From an uncultured Pseudomonadales bacterium (lineage in GTDB: Bacteria; Pseudomonadota; Gammaproteobacteria; Pseudomonadales; JAUIET01): a stretch of 64,000 nt of DNA. The notes beneath the pieces are model-generated. The model did not search any database, was not told where the DNA came from, and saw nothing but the letters and a program-made list of their open reading frames with translations. The DNA lies in the NCBI GenBank assembly GCA_964352475.1, contig CAYGSL010000004.1:73737-137736 (forward strand), written 5' to 3'. The translations under genes were made by a program, and so were the position numbers. The stretch's first letter is position 1. Each line of letters begins with the position of its first letter. Positions 21,304-30,681 of the stretch are shown here, in pieces.

Positions 21304-23424
21304 TCAGGCGGCACTCACAACATCGTCGCTATCGTCCTTGCTGCCTATTTCCAGGAAAGATTCCATTCCCTCCAGCTGGTCTGTCTGGTCTACTTCAGGT
21401 TCATCAGATGGTAGCTTGAAGCCTTCTACCGACTGCCTCAAGTCGTACGCCATGGCGGCCAGATCACCAATCGAATCAGCACTCGACTTGGTACCCTCGG
21501 ATGTTTGGCTGGCAATCTCCTGCACCACACCCATGGTGTTGGAAATGTTGCCCGCGGTCATCGCCTGTTGGCGCGCTGCGTTGGAGATGTTCTGAATCAG
21601 TTCCGCCAGGTTGGTTGATACGTTTTCAATTTCTTCCAGTGCCACACCCGCGTCTTGTGCAAGTCTTGCACCACGTACCACTTCAGTGGTGGTTTGCTCC
21701 ATCGAGATAACCGCTTCGTTAGTGTCTGATTGAATGGTTTTCACCAAAGCCTCAATTTGCTTGGTCGCCGCACCAGATCGTTCCGCCAGTCGCTGTACTT
21801 CGTCAGCAACCACCGCGAAGCCTCGACCTGCGTCACCGGCCATAGAGGCCTGGATGGCTGCATTCAAGGCCAGAATGTTGGTTTGGTCGGCGATGTCGTT
21901 AATCAAGGATACGATGTCACCAATCTCCTGCGAGCTCTCACCAAGACGTTTGATTCGTTTTGACGTGTCCTGAATTTGCTCGCGAATATTGTCCATGCCG
22001 GTAATCGTATTTCGCACCAGCTGGCCGCCTGAGTTCGCAATTTCCACTGAGCGTTCCGCAACATTGGCTGACTCACCCGCGTTGGAAGAGACCTGATCAA
22101 TGGTTTTCGCCATTTCATTAATTGCCGTAGACGCGCCAGAGATTTCCATCGCCTGTTTTTCCGACGCTTGCGCAAGACCCAACGCATTTCTCTGGTTCTG
22201 TTCGGCTGATGACGAGACCGACACTGCCGTGTCGTTTATTTTCGATACTAACTCACGTAATTGACCAATGGCGTAGTTAACCGAGTCGGCAATTGCACCG
22301 GTGAAGTCTTCTGTTACCGTGGCATTTGTTGTTAAGTCACCATCGGCCAGGTCGCCGATTTCGTCCAACAAGCGCAAAATTGCCTGTTGGTTCTGATCGT
22401 TGGTTTGAGCTGTGTGGGCCAGTCGACGGCGCGTATTGCGCAGCAACAAATAACCAACAGCCGCCAGTGACAACAACATGACCGCACCCGCTGCCAAGGT
22501 CCACTGTGGCGTAAACTGACGCCGTGAACTCAAACCGCCAATCGCTTCAGACAAGGAGCTGGTGTCAGTCATCAATTCTGGCGCACCGTTAGCAATGACA
22601 TCCGCCGCTTCCCGTGCTTCCAGCAAATCAGGAGATGCCTGGAAAATTTCATCCACCGAGCCACTAACAAATTCAAACAGTTTGGAAATTTCGACCAGGC
22701 TGGCTCGCGCATCCGCGTCTGTTACTCGGCTAATACGCATAGCCGCGTTGCGATTCAACATGCCGTCCAATACGCTACCGAACAAGCTGGCGTCCAGGTT
22801 GAACTGGTCAGCAGCCTGATCGGCGCCGTCGCCACCTTCAAGCATCTTGTCTACGTTGCGCGCTATGCGCTCTGCCAGCCAGGATTGTCTTTGTGCAACC
22901 GCCACCTGATCTGAAGGTGCGCTGCTTTCCAGCAGAATTTCCACAACATTGTTGTATTCCTGCTGAAGTTCCGGAATGGAATCGTTCAGAGTTTTGGCAA
23001 CTTCGTGCAAAAACAGAATTCGATCGCGGTTGGCGTACATTGTGCCTACCGCGGCTTTGACCGGAGACCATTCAGAGCTTAGCGCGCTGAGCTCATCCGT
23101 CAGCATTGATTTTGGCGAAGGCAGTGAGTCACCACCTTCAGTCAAGCTACCCAGGTTTTGGTCAAACTCACCAGCTGACTCATTCAGCATATCGAACGCT
23201 TCACCATCACCGGCAATTGCCAGGCGCGCGCTGGACGACACCTGCTGGGCCAGTACTCTTAATTCAGCCGTAATCTCCTGATAGCGCGCATCATATCCGG
23301 CATCACGATTAGCAACGAACATGCTCCATGCGGCAAATGCGGCGGCTGCAATAAATATCAGGCCAATGAGAAAAATGGGTCCGTTACCAGGGTCGACGCC
23401 TCGGTTCAGATCTTTGCTGCTCAT
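21304..23424 (-). CDS. pilJ: Methyl-accepting chemotaxis protein of the pilus system
   Basis: 706 aa. N-terminal TM, large periplasmic domain, second TM, HAMP, and the conserved MCP signalling hairpin (IADQTNILALNAAIQASMAGDAGRGFAVVADEVQRLAERS). Confidence 0.9.
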   Translation of the reverse strand: MSSKDLNRGVDPGNGPIFLIGLIFIAAAAFAAWSMFVANRDAGYDARYQEITAELRVLAQQVSSSARLAIAGDGEAFDMLNESAGEFDQNLGSLTEGGDSLPSPKSMLTDELSALSSEWSPVKAAVGTMYANRDRILFLHEVAKTLNDSIPELQQEYNNVVEILLESSAPSDQVAVAQRQSWLAERIARNVDKMLEGGDGADQAADQFNLDASLFGSVLDGMLNRNAAMRISRVTDADARASLVEISKLFEFVSGSVDEIFQASPDLLEAREAADVIANGAPELMTDTSSLSEAIGGLSSRRQFTPQWTLAAGAVMLLSLAAVGYLLLRNTRRRLAHTAQTNDQNQQAILRLLDEIGDLADGDLTTNATVTEDFTGAIADSVNYAIGQLRELVSKINDTAVSVSSSAEQNQRNALGLAQASEKQAMEISGASTAINEMAKTIDQVSSNAGESANVAERSVEIANSGGQLVRNTITGMDNIREQIQDTSKRIKRLGESSQEIGDIVSLINDIADQTNILALNAAIQASMAGDAGRGFAVVADEVQRLAERSGAATKQIEALVKTIQSDTNEAVISMEQTTTEVVRGARLAQDAGVALEEIENVSTNLAELIQNISNAARQQAMTAGNISNTMGVVQEIASQTSEGTKSSADSIGDLAAMAYDLRQSVEGFKLPSDEPEVDQTDQLEGMESFLEIGSKDDSDDVVSAA

Positions 23425-23468
23425 ACACTGGGCTCCCAGGTCTTAATCTTGAAAAATGTCATAATGTT

Positions 23469-24017
23469 TTACTGCGCCGCCGCATTAAAAAACTGCGGGT
23501 CTTTCACCAACTCCTGCAAGCTGAACACAGTCCAGCTCTGCTTATCATTGTGATACTTACCACGAAGATAGGTCGCAAATGGCGCCAACTCTTCTTCAAC
23601 GTCATCATTGGCGCTGTAATTTTCGATCGCAAAGTGCTGCATGCCATACACTTCATTAACCAGTACACCGGAATAGAAATCACCCATGTCCAGAGCTAGC
23701 ACCCGCTGTTTCTTTCTATTGCTGCCCAACTGACCGCCAAAAAAAGCTTCCAGATCAATCAATGGAAGCAGTCGGCCGCGCACATTGGCAACGCCACGAA
23801 CCCACGGCTTAACCCCAGGAATACGAGTGGCACTGGGCCGCTCTAGCAACTCGGCAACCTCGGTCATGGGTACCACGAAGCGCTTACCGCATAAATTGAA
23901 GCCAATACCACTCCACATGGTTTTCGCGTCAATTTGTTGTGGTAAGCCGCGCTGTCCTGAAGTACTGCTTGCCGCAATTGTTGCCAGAACACCATAAGGA
24001 TCGTCAGCCGTTTCCAT
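23469..24017 (-). CDS. pilI: CheW-like coupling protein PilI
   Basis: 182 aa CheW domain (IPGVKPWVRGVANVRGRLLPLIDL). Lies between pilH and pilJ. Confidence 0.85.
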   Translation of the reverse strand: METADDPYGVLATIAASSTSGQRGLPQQIDAKTMWSGIGFNLCGKRFVVPMTEVAELLERPSATRIPGVKPWVRGVANVRGRLLPLIDLEAFFGGQLGSNRKKQRVLALDMGDFYSGVLVNEVYGMQHFAIENYSANDDVEEELAPFATYLRGKYHNDKQSWTVFSLQELVKDPQFFNAAAQ

Positions 24018-24027
24018 GTATTGTTAT

Positions 24028-24390
24028 TCAGGCAATCAGTGAGTTAATTGTTCGCAGTAATATCTTTTGGTCGACCGGCTTGGTTAAAAATGCGCTCGCA
24101 CCCTGACGCTCGCCCCAGACACGATCTGTTTCCTGGTTCTTTGTTGTCACAATGACAACGGGTATGTTGGTTGTTCGGCTGTCTTTATTGAGCTGACGGG
24201 TGGCCTGGAAGCCATTTATCCCGGGCATAACGATGTCCATCAATACCAGGTCCGGGTGCTCGGCGCGGGCAATGTCCACGCCCTTTTCACCGTTTTCGGC
24301 CGTCAGTACGTCAAAGCCCGCTTTGTTCAGCCAACTCGACATGCGAAATGTCTCGGTGGGAGAGTCATCAACGATGAGAACGCGTGCCAT
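24028..24390 (-). CDS. pilH: Single-domain response regulator PilH
   Basis: 120 aa CheY-like protein (VLIVDDS...DLVLMDIVMPG...TTK...KP). Second gene of the cluster. Confidence 0.85.
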   Translation of the reverse strand: MARVLIVDDSPTETFRMSSWLNKAGFDVLTAENGEKGVDIARAEHPDLVLMDIVMPGINGFQATRQLNKDSRTTNIPVVIVTTKNQETDRVWGERQGASAFLTKPVDQKILLRTINSLIA

Positions 24391-24404
24391 ATAAGCGTGT
24401 TTCC

Positions 24405-24800
24405 CTAACTTGCTTCTTTGAGTTCAACCTGGGCTTCAATAGCGCCCAGCAATTCGTTTTTACTAAATGGTTTGGTCAAATATTGATCAGAGCCAACAAT
24501 GCGACCTTTCGCTTTATCAAACAAGCCATCCTTACTCGACAACATAATCACTGGTGTCGACTTAAACTCGCTGTTGTTTTTTACCAGCGCGCAGGTCTGA
24601 TAGCCGTCCAGTCTGGGCATCATGATGTCAACAAAAATCAGGTCCGGGCGGTTGTCGGCAATTTTGGCCAGCGCGTCGAAACCATCGATAGCCGTAATTA
24701 CCGTGCAACCCTCTTTTTGCAGCAAGGTTTCGGCTGTTCGCCGAATGGTTTTGCTGTCATCAATGACCATAATTTTTAGCTTATCAAGATTTGCTGCCAT
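24405..24800 (-). CDS. pilG: Single-domain response regulator PilG
   Basis: 131 aa CheY-like protein (IMVIDDSKT...DLIFVDIMMPRLDG...SSK...TKP). First gene of the cluster and divergent from gshB, as in P. aeruginosa. Confidence 0.85.
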   Translation of the reverse strand: MAANLDKLKIMVIDDSKTIRRTAETLLQKEGCTVITAIDGFDALAKIADNRPDLIFVDIMMPRLDGYQTCALVKNNSEFKSTPVIMLSSKDGLFDKAKGRIVGSDQYLTKPFSKNELLGAIEAQVELKEAS

Positions 24801-25014
24801 ATTTTCGCCTGCATCGCACCTGGGTTGTGCTGCTGTGTTGTCCTAGTTAGCACGCTTTATCAGAATAACTGCCGCCTGGCAGCGTATATTGTGCTAATTT
24901 CTCCACAAATTAATAGCCCACAAATGTACATAAATAAAGCTAATTCGCGTTATAAGCCTTATAAAAGCTACTCAGCACACACTTTATTCTGAAAAACCAA
25001 TTTAAGGAAAACCA

Positions 25015-25974
25015 ATGTCAGTAAAACTTGGTGTAGTCATGGACCCAATTGAGGCCATCAACTACAAGAAAGACAGTACGCTTGCCATGCTTTGGGCTGC
25101 TCAAGACAGGGGCTGGAACCTGTACTACATGGAGCAACACGATTTGTATATTACAGGAGGAAAGCCTCGCGCGTCGATGCGAAAACTCACTGTTTTTAAA
25201 GACCCTGAAAAGTGGTTTGAACTAGGCGCTGCTGAAGATTCAAACCTGGGCAGTCTGGACATTATCCTGATGCGCAAGGACCCGCCATTCGATAATGAAT
25301 TTGTGTACTCTACCTACATCCTTGAAGCCGCTGAGCGCGCTGGCACTTTCGTGGTTAACCCGCCTCAGGCGCTACGCGATTGCAACGAGAAAATCACCGC
25401 AAGCTGGTTTCCCGATTGCGCGCCCCCGCACCTGGTAACAGCAGACGATGCTCGCATTCGAGCGTTTCATGCCGAGCACGAGGACGTCATTTTGAAGCCG
25501 CTGGATGGTATGGGCGGCAGTTCAATATTCCGCGCCAGGGTCAACGAACCCAATATTGGCGTAATCATCGAAACGCTGACCAATTTTGGCAAAAATACCA
25601 TTATGGTTCAGAAGTTCATCCCGGAAATAAACAACGGCGACAAGCGAATTTTGATGATTGACGGCGAACCAGTCGACTATTGCCTGGCCCGCCTGGCTGC
25701 CAAGGGCGAAACCCGCGCCAATCTGGCGGCCGGTGGGAGTGGCGAAGCACGCCCACTCACGGACAGAGATCGCTGGATTTGTGACAAAGTTAAGCTATTT
25801 TTACAAGAGAGGAAGTTATTATTTGTTGGCCTGGACGTGATTGGCGATTACCTGACTGAGGTGAACGTAACCAGCCCAACCTGTATTCGAGAAATTGATG
25901 CAGCGTACGGCACTGATATTGGTGGGCAGTTTATAGACTGTATCCACGAGAAATATAAGGCCAGGAAGCGATAA
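25015..25974 (+). CDS. gshB: Glutathione synthetase
   Basis: 319 aa prokaryotic GshB ATP-grasp protein (MRKDPPFD, KPLDGMGG, GLDVIG). Confidence 0.93.
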   Translation: MSVKLGVVMDPIEAINYKKDSTLAMLWAAQDRGWNLYYMEQHDLYITGGKPRASMRKLTVFKDPEKWFELGAAEDSNLGSLDIILMRKDPPFDNEFVYSTYILEAAERAGTFVVNPPQALRDCNEKITASWFPDCAPPHLVTADDARIRAFHAEHEDVILKPLDGMGGSSIFRARVNEPNIGVIIETLTNFGKNTIMVQKFIPEINNGDKRILMIDGEPVDYCLARLAAKGETRANLAAGGSGEARPLTDRDRWICDKVKLFLQERKLLFVGLDVIGDYLTEVNVTSPTCIREIDAAYGTDIGGQFIDCIHEKYKARKR

Positions 25975-26048
25975 CACCGCACAAACGCTCTTTGGGCGCT
26001 GAGTGGTGAATGAATGGAACTCTGCACTAGACCCACAAAGAGGCGGTA

Positions 26049-26960
26049 ATGGCTCAGGCCCAAATAGGCAACAATTTTAACTACGTGTCGTTCAACCTCG
26101 ACCGGCTGGGCACAGCCCTGTCGTTTGCGGTTGCGGCGCACGCTGCGATATTGCTTGGCATTACCTTCACTGCTGAGATCAACAACATTCGTACCCAGCA
26201 GCTGGAAATCACCCTGGCCCAGTTTCGCGAGGAAAGTAACGACGACGCTGACTACCTGGCCGATCAAAATCAGCAGGCCAGCGGTACAGAGCTGGAAAAA
26301 GCCTTGCTATCGTCGCCTGAGCTTTCTGAGTTCCAGGACGTAGAAGTTAACCAGGTCAGTAAGATGGCCATGCAACAGCGCATGGAAGAATCGAAGGCGA
26401 ACGATGCCAACACAGTACACACCTTGAATGAATCGAAGGCCAAGGTTCAAATAAGTGATCGCTCCGAGGAAAAACAAAAAGTCGATACGCAAGACATGCT
26501 CAGCGAAGATGAGCTGATGGGCGAAATTGCTTCATTAGCTGCGAAGCTGGATCAATACAAAGAAGAGGCGGCCAAGCGACCTCGCGTTCGACGCATCACG
26601 TCTGTGTCAACCAAGCGCGCGATGGACGCGCTGTACTTGTTGAAATGGGAGCGTGAGATAGAGCGCACCGGTAATCAATACTATCCGGAAGAGGCGCGCG
26701 CAAGAGAATTGTATGGCGACCTGAGCCTGATGGTGACGGTACTGCCAAATGGTGCGGTGTCCAATATTCAGTTACTGCAATCTTCCGGCCACAAGATACT
26801 GGATGATGCGGCGATTAATATTGTTGAAAAATCTGCGCCGTTTGAGCCATTCTCGTCAGAGATGTCGCGTGAGATAGACAAGCTGGAAATAGTTCGTACC
26901 TGGCATTTCCAGAAAAATCAGCTCGACACGAATGTTCGGAAAATTTCCAAGGCTGAGTAG
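26049..26960 (+). CDS. TonB-family energy-transducer-like protein (TonB3-like)
   Basis: 303 aa. One N-terminal TM (LGTALSFAVAAHAAILLGITF), an acidic coiled linker instead of a Pro-rich spacer, and a C-terminal TonB domain (YPEEARARELYGDLSLMVTVLPNGAVSNIQLLQSSGHKILDDAA). It holds the same position next to gshB/pilG as P. aeruginosa tonB3. Confidence 0.7.
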   Translation: MAQAQIGNNFNYVSFNLDRLGTALSFAVAAHAAILLGITFTAEINNIRTQQLEITLAQFREESNDDADYLADQNQQASGTELEKALLSSPELSEFQDVEVNQVSKMAMQQRMEESKANDANTVHTLNESKAKVQISDRSEEKQKVDTQDMLSEDELMGEIASLAAKLDQYKEEAAKRPRVRRITSVSTKRAMDALYLLKWEREIERTGNQYYPEEARARELYGDLSLMVTVLPNGAVSNIQLLQSSGHKILDDAAINIVEKSAPFEPFSSEMSREIDKLEIVRTWHFQKNQLDTNVRKISKAE

Positions 26961-27004
26961 TAAAAAATCGACCAAACTATCCTTCTCTTTGAAATTGGCA
27001 CGTA

Positions 27005-27116
27005 GGTGATAAATCGAGTATTGGCTAGCAGGACTGTGTGAGGGAGGGACCCCGAACACAAGACTACATGGATGTATTCACGTCGTGTCCTGCTAGCCAA
27101 TACTCGGTTTATCGCC
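27005..27116 (+). repeat. Long imperfect inverted repeat or hairpin. The core stem is 27 bp (27008-27034 with 27087-27113), extendable to 30 bp, with a 52-nt loop.
   Basis: GATAAATCGAGTATTGGCTAGCAGGAC faces GTCCTGCTAGCCAATACTCGGTTTATC, complementary at 26 of 27 positions. The single mismatch, and one in the 3-bp extension, would be G-U pairs on the plus-strand RNA and A-C mismatches on the minus strand. Confidence 0.85.
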
Positions 27117-27192
27117 GGACTCGATACTGGATTAATCATCCTCTGCAGGCAGACCGCATTTACTTGTGCCGCCGGACAGCGAATAATGGGCT

Positions 27193-27753
27193 ATGAGCAT
27201 TCCTGATTTCGACAGTCTAGCCAACCACTTTTTGCTGGCCATGCCTGCCCTGCAAGATTCTATATTTACCCGCAGTCTCACCTTTGTCTTTGAACATTCG
27301 GAACAGGGAGCGGCCGGCCTGGTGGTAAACAAACCAATCGGCATGGCCGTGGAAGAAGTGTTTGTGCAATTGGAGTTGCCAGCCGATGGTCGGAAAGCCG
27401 CTGATGATGTGCTGGCCGGTGGGCCGGTGTCTCCACACCAGGGCTTCGTTCTGCACCGCGACAATGACTGGGACGAGACATTCCAGGTTGGCGATGTGTG
27501 CATCAGTACGTCGCTGGATATATTGCGCTCCTTAGCAGCAGACCAAGGGCCAGATGAAGCATTGATTGTGCTGGGTTATGCAGGCTGGGCGCCTGGCCAA
27601 CTTGAGGAAGAGCTGGCGCGCAATGCCTGGCTGACCATGGAGGCCGACGCGGCGGTAATGTTTGACACGCCTCTTGAGAAACGCACTGAATTGGCGGCAA
27701 AAAACCTTGGCTTCGATTTAAGCATGCTCGGAGTGGACGCTGGTCACGCGTGA
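27193..27753 (+). CDS. yqgE: YqgE/AlgH family protein (UPF0301)
   Basis: 186 aa with FTRSLTFVFEHSEQGAAGLVVNKP and GYAGWAPGQLEEEL. Confidence 0.88.
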   Translation: MSIPDFDSLANHFLLAMPALQDSIFTRSLTFVFEHSEQGAAGLVVNKPIGMAVEEVFVQLELPADGRKAADDVLAGGPVSPHQGFVLHRDNDWDETFQVGDVCISTSLDILRSLAADQGPDEALIVLGYAGWAPGQLEEELARNAWLTMEADAAVMFDTPLEKRTELAAKNLGFDLSMLGVDAGHA

Positions 27754-28190
27754 GTAGTTCTGACATTCAAGGCACGGTACTGGGCTTCGATTACGGCCTG
27801 CGTCAAATTGGCGTTGCGGTGCTGAGCGCGCCAATGAATTTTTCCACTCCGCTTTGCGTGCTGCGCTCTCGCGATGAGAAACCTGACTGGCAAGCGCTGG
27901 AAGCGGTCATCAAAGAGTGGCAGCCAACTGTGTGTGTGATTGGCCTGCCCTTAAACATGGATGGCTCGACTGGTGCGCTGGACGCTCGCGTACAGCGTTT
28001 TGCTCGCCAACTCGAAGGGCGTTTTGGCACGCAATACGGGTTTAGTACGATGCTTCAAGACGAGCGTTTAAGCAGTCATGAAGCGAAAGAAATGTTGCAC
28101 GAGCAAGACAGCAGCGGCGACTACGTAAGCAGCCCCGCCGACAGTCTGGCCGCAAAAGTGATACTGGACCGCTGGCGTGCAGCCCAGTAG
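27750..28190 (+). CDS. ruvX: Putative pre-16S rRNA nuclease / Holliday-junction-resolvase-like protein YqgF
   Basis: 146 aa (LGFDYGLRQIGVAV...GLPLNMDGS...DERLSS). The start overlaps the yqgE stop by 4 nt. Confidence 0.88.
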   Translation: MSSSDIQGTVLGFDYGLRQIGVAVLSAPMNFSTPLCVLRSRDEKPDWQALEAVIKEWQPTVCVIGLPLNMDGSTGALDARVQRFARQLEGRFGTQYGFSTMLQDERLSSHEAKEMLHEQDSSGDYVSSPADSLAAKVILDRWRAAQ

Positions 28191-28204
28191 CTGTTGCTGA
28201 GGCG

Positions 28205-29398
28205 TTAGCGACGCCTTACTTGGGGGCCACCGGAAGGCTGGTCTTGCATGCTAAGACTGCCGCCGCCTGATGGGGAATTACTGGCAATACCCAGGTCGGC
28301 TTCGATGTTGGCTGTGGCTCCCCTGCCGCCGGATTTGTCGTCGCCAAGTTTGATCATCAGACGCAAATCATTCGCGGAGTCAGCGTGTGCCAGCGCATCT
28401 TCGTAAGTAATCTCACCTGCCGTATACAGCTCATACAAGGCCTGATCGAAGGTTTGCATGCCATGCTCATTGGATTTTTTCATCAACTCTTTAAGCTGGT
28501 GCACTTCGCCTTTGCGAATCATGTCCTGCGCGAGTGGCGTGTTCAGTAGTACTTCAACTACAGCGCGGCGACCATTGCCGTCTGCCGTAGCGATAAGCTG
28601 TTGGGCAACCATACCTTTAAGGTTAAGTGACAAATCCATCCACAGCTGATTGTGGCGCTCTGGCGGGAAGAAGTGCAGTATTCTATCCAATGCCTGGTTG
28701 GCATTGTTGGCGTGCAGTGTGCACAAACACAGGTGGCCTGTCTCGGAAAACGTAATCGCCTGCTCCATAGTCTCCAGTGTGCGCACCTCACCGATCATGA
28801 TTACGTCTGGCGCCTGGCGCAGCATGTTTTTCAACGCTACCTCAAACGACTCGCAATCAATACCCACTTCGCGCTGGGTGACAATGCACGACGCATGCTG
28901 GTGAATGTATTCGATAGGGTCTTCAACACTGATAATGTGGCCGGTGGAATTTCGGTTGCGATGACCGATCATGGCGGCCAACGAAGTTGACTTACCGGTA
29001 CCGGTCGCACCGACGAATACAATCAGACCGCGCTTGGTCATTGCCAGCTCTTTAATAACATCTGGCAACATCAAATCTTCAATGGTCGGGATATTGGTTT
29101 CAATGCGGCGCAAAACCATACCGACGAGATTGCGCTGATAAAACGCACTAACGCGAAAACGACCCGTGCCGCGCGCGCTAATAGCGAAGTTACATTCGCG
29201 CTCTTCGGCGAAATCGCGTCGTTGCCGCTCGTTCATCACACCAAGTACTGTTTCCCGTGTTTTTTCCGGGCTTAGCGGTGTGGTTGTGACGGGCATCACG
29301 CGACCATTGATTTTCATGCTCGGTGGTACGCCCGCCGTAATGAAAAGGTCTGAAGCGCCTTTTTCAACCATCAATGTCAGGAGTTTATCGATTTGCAC
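28205..29398 (-). CDS. pilU: Type IV pilus retraction ATPase paralogue PilU
   Basis: 397 aa with Walker A GATGTGKST and a PilT-family core. Downstream of pilT. Confidence 0.88.
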   Translation of the reverse strand: MQIDKLLTLMVEKGASDLFITAGVPPSMKINGRVMPVTTTPLSPEKTRETVLGVMNERQRRDFAEERECNFAISARGTGRFRVSAFYQRNLVGMVLRRIETNIPTIEDLMLPDVIKELAMTKRGLIVFVGATGTGKSTSLAAMIGHRNRNSTGHIISVEDPIEYIHQHASCIVTQREVGIDCESFEVALKNMLRQAPDVIMIGEVRTLETMEQAITFSETGHLCLCTLHANNANQALDRILHFFPPERHNQLWMDLSLNLKGMVAQQLIATADGNGRRAVVEVLLNTPLAQDMIRKGEVHQLKELMKKSNEHGMQTFDQALYELYTAGEITYEDALAHADSANDLRLMIKLGDDKSGGRGATANIEADLGIASNSPSGGGSLSMQDQPSGGPQVRRR

Positions 29399-29446
29399 TG
29401 GCGTGCCCTCTGTGTACGTTTGGGTCAGTTGCTAAACAGCCACTCA

Positions 29447-30481
29447 CTAAAAATTATCCGGCGTCTTGGCTTTCTCTCTAGCCGCATCACGACTAATCAG
29501 TCGCTTTTCGACCATGTCTAACAAACACTGATCCATAGTCTGCATACCAACCGAACCACCGGTTTGAATAGCCGAATACATTTGCGCCACTTTATCTTCA
29601 CGAATCAAATTGCGAATAGCCGAAGTACCGATCATTATTTCGTGCGCAGCGATGCGACCCCCGCCGCTTTTTTTCAATAGCGTTTGCGATACCACTGCTT
29701 GCAAAGATTCTGATAGCATCGAACGAACCATTGCTTTCTCAGACGCCGGAAAAACGTCCACCACACGGTCAATGGTTTTTGCTGCTGAGGTGGTGTGCAA
29801 GGTACCAAATACCAGGTGGCCTGTTTCAGCGGCTGTCAGCGCCAGGCGAATGGTTTCAAGGTCACGTAGTTCGCCAACCAGAATGATGTCAGGGTCTTCA
29901 CGCAAAGCCGATCGCAGTGCTTCGCTAAAACCGTGGGTGTCCCTGTGCACCTCACGCTGGTTTACCAGACACTTCTTGCTCTCGTGAACAAATTCAATTG
30001 GGTCTTCAATGGTAAGAATATGTTCGTATTTATTTTCGTTGATGAAATCCATCATCGCAGCCAGCGTTGTGGACTTACCCGAACCTGTAGGGCCAGTGAC
30101 CAGACACAGCCCACGGGGTACCAATGAAATATCGCGGAACACCTGGCCCATGCCCAATTCTTCCATGGTTAATACCTTGGAAGGAATGGTTCTGAACACA
30201 GCACCGGCGCCGCGGTTCTGGTTGAATGCGTTCACACGAAAACGCGCCACTCCTGGCACTTCGAACGAAAAGTCAGTTTCAAGGAATTCTTCAAAATCCT
30301 TGCGTTGTTTGTCGTTCATGATTTCATAAATCAAGGCATGAACTTCAGAATGATCCATGGCTGGCAGGTTTATTCGACGAACGTCGCCATCGACACGAAT
30401 CATAGGTGGCAAGCCAGCCGACAGGTGCAAGTCAGATGCACCTTGTTTCGCGCTGAAAGCCAGCAGTTCAGTAATATCCAT
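29447..30481 (-). CDS. pilT: Type IV pilus twitching-motility ATPase PilT
   Basis: 344 aa with Walker A GPTGSGKST, Walker B/Asp box ILVGELRD and the PilT signature AIRNLIREDK. Confidence 0.95.
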   Translation of the reverse strand: MDITELLAFSAKQGASDLHLSAGLPPMIRVDGDVRRINLPAMDHSEVHALIYEIMNDKQRKDFEEFLETDFSFEVPGVARFRVNAFNQNRGAGAVFRTIPSKVLTMEELGMGQVFRDISLVPRGLCLVTGPTGSGKSTTLAAMMDFINENKYEHILTIEDPIEFVHESKKCLVNQREVHRDTHGFSEALRSALREDPDIILVGELRDLETIRLALTAAETGHLVFGTLHTTSAAKTIDRVVDVFPASEKAMVRSMLSESLQAVVSQTLLKKSGGGRIAAHEIMIGTSAIRNLIREDKVAQMYSAIQTGGSVGMQTMDQCLLDMVEKRLISRDAAREKAKTPDNF

Positions 30482-30681
30482 ATGCGTCCTATCACTAAGT
30501 ATGCAGCGTCAACACACCGCTAAAATGCGGAATGCTTTTTCGCCACTGGAAACGTTGTGGTTCGACTAAAAGCTTAGGCTATAATTTCAGCCTCTGCCGT
30601 GACCGCATAGCGTAACTTTTGCCTACGTCAGCGCTTCGCTTAACCGTCGCTTCTCTGGACCTTCCGATTATCCGCCTGCCT

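Noticed and set aside
28208-28351. A Gly/Ser-rich C-terminal tail on PilU (...KSGGRGATANIEADLGIASNSPSGGGSLSMQDQPSGGPQVRRR).
   Set aside because: As far as I recall, PilU proteins commonly carry a variable C-terminal tail beyond the PilT-like core. The overall length (397 aa) is close to the ~380 aa expected.
30619-30681. Upstream TTG start for yggS. The same issue applies to slmA (54505..54561) and rph (58168..58218).
   Set aside because: In each case an internal ATG gives the N-terminus and length typical of the family. The extra residues are not family-like.
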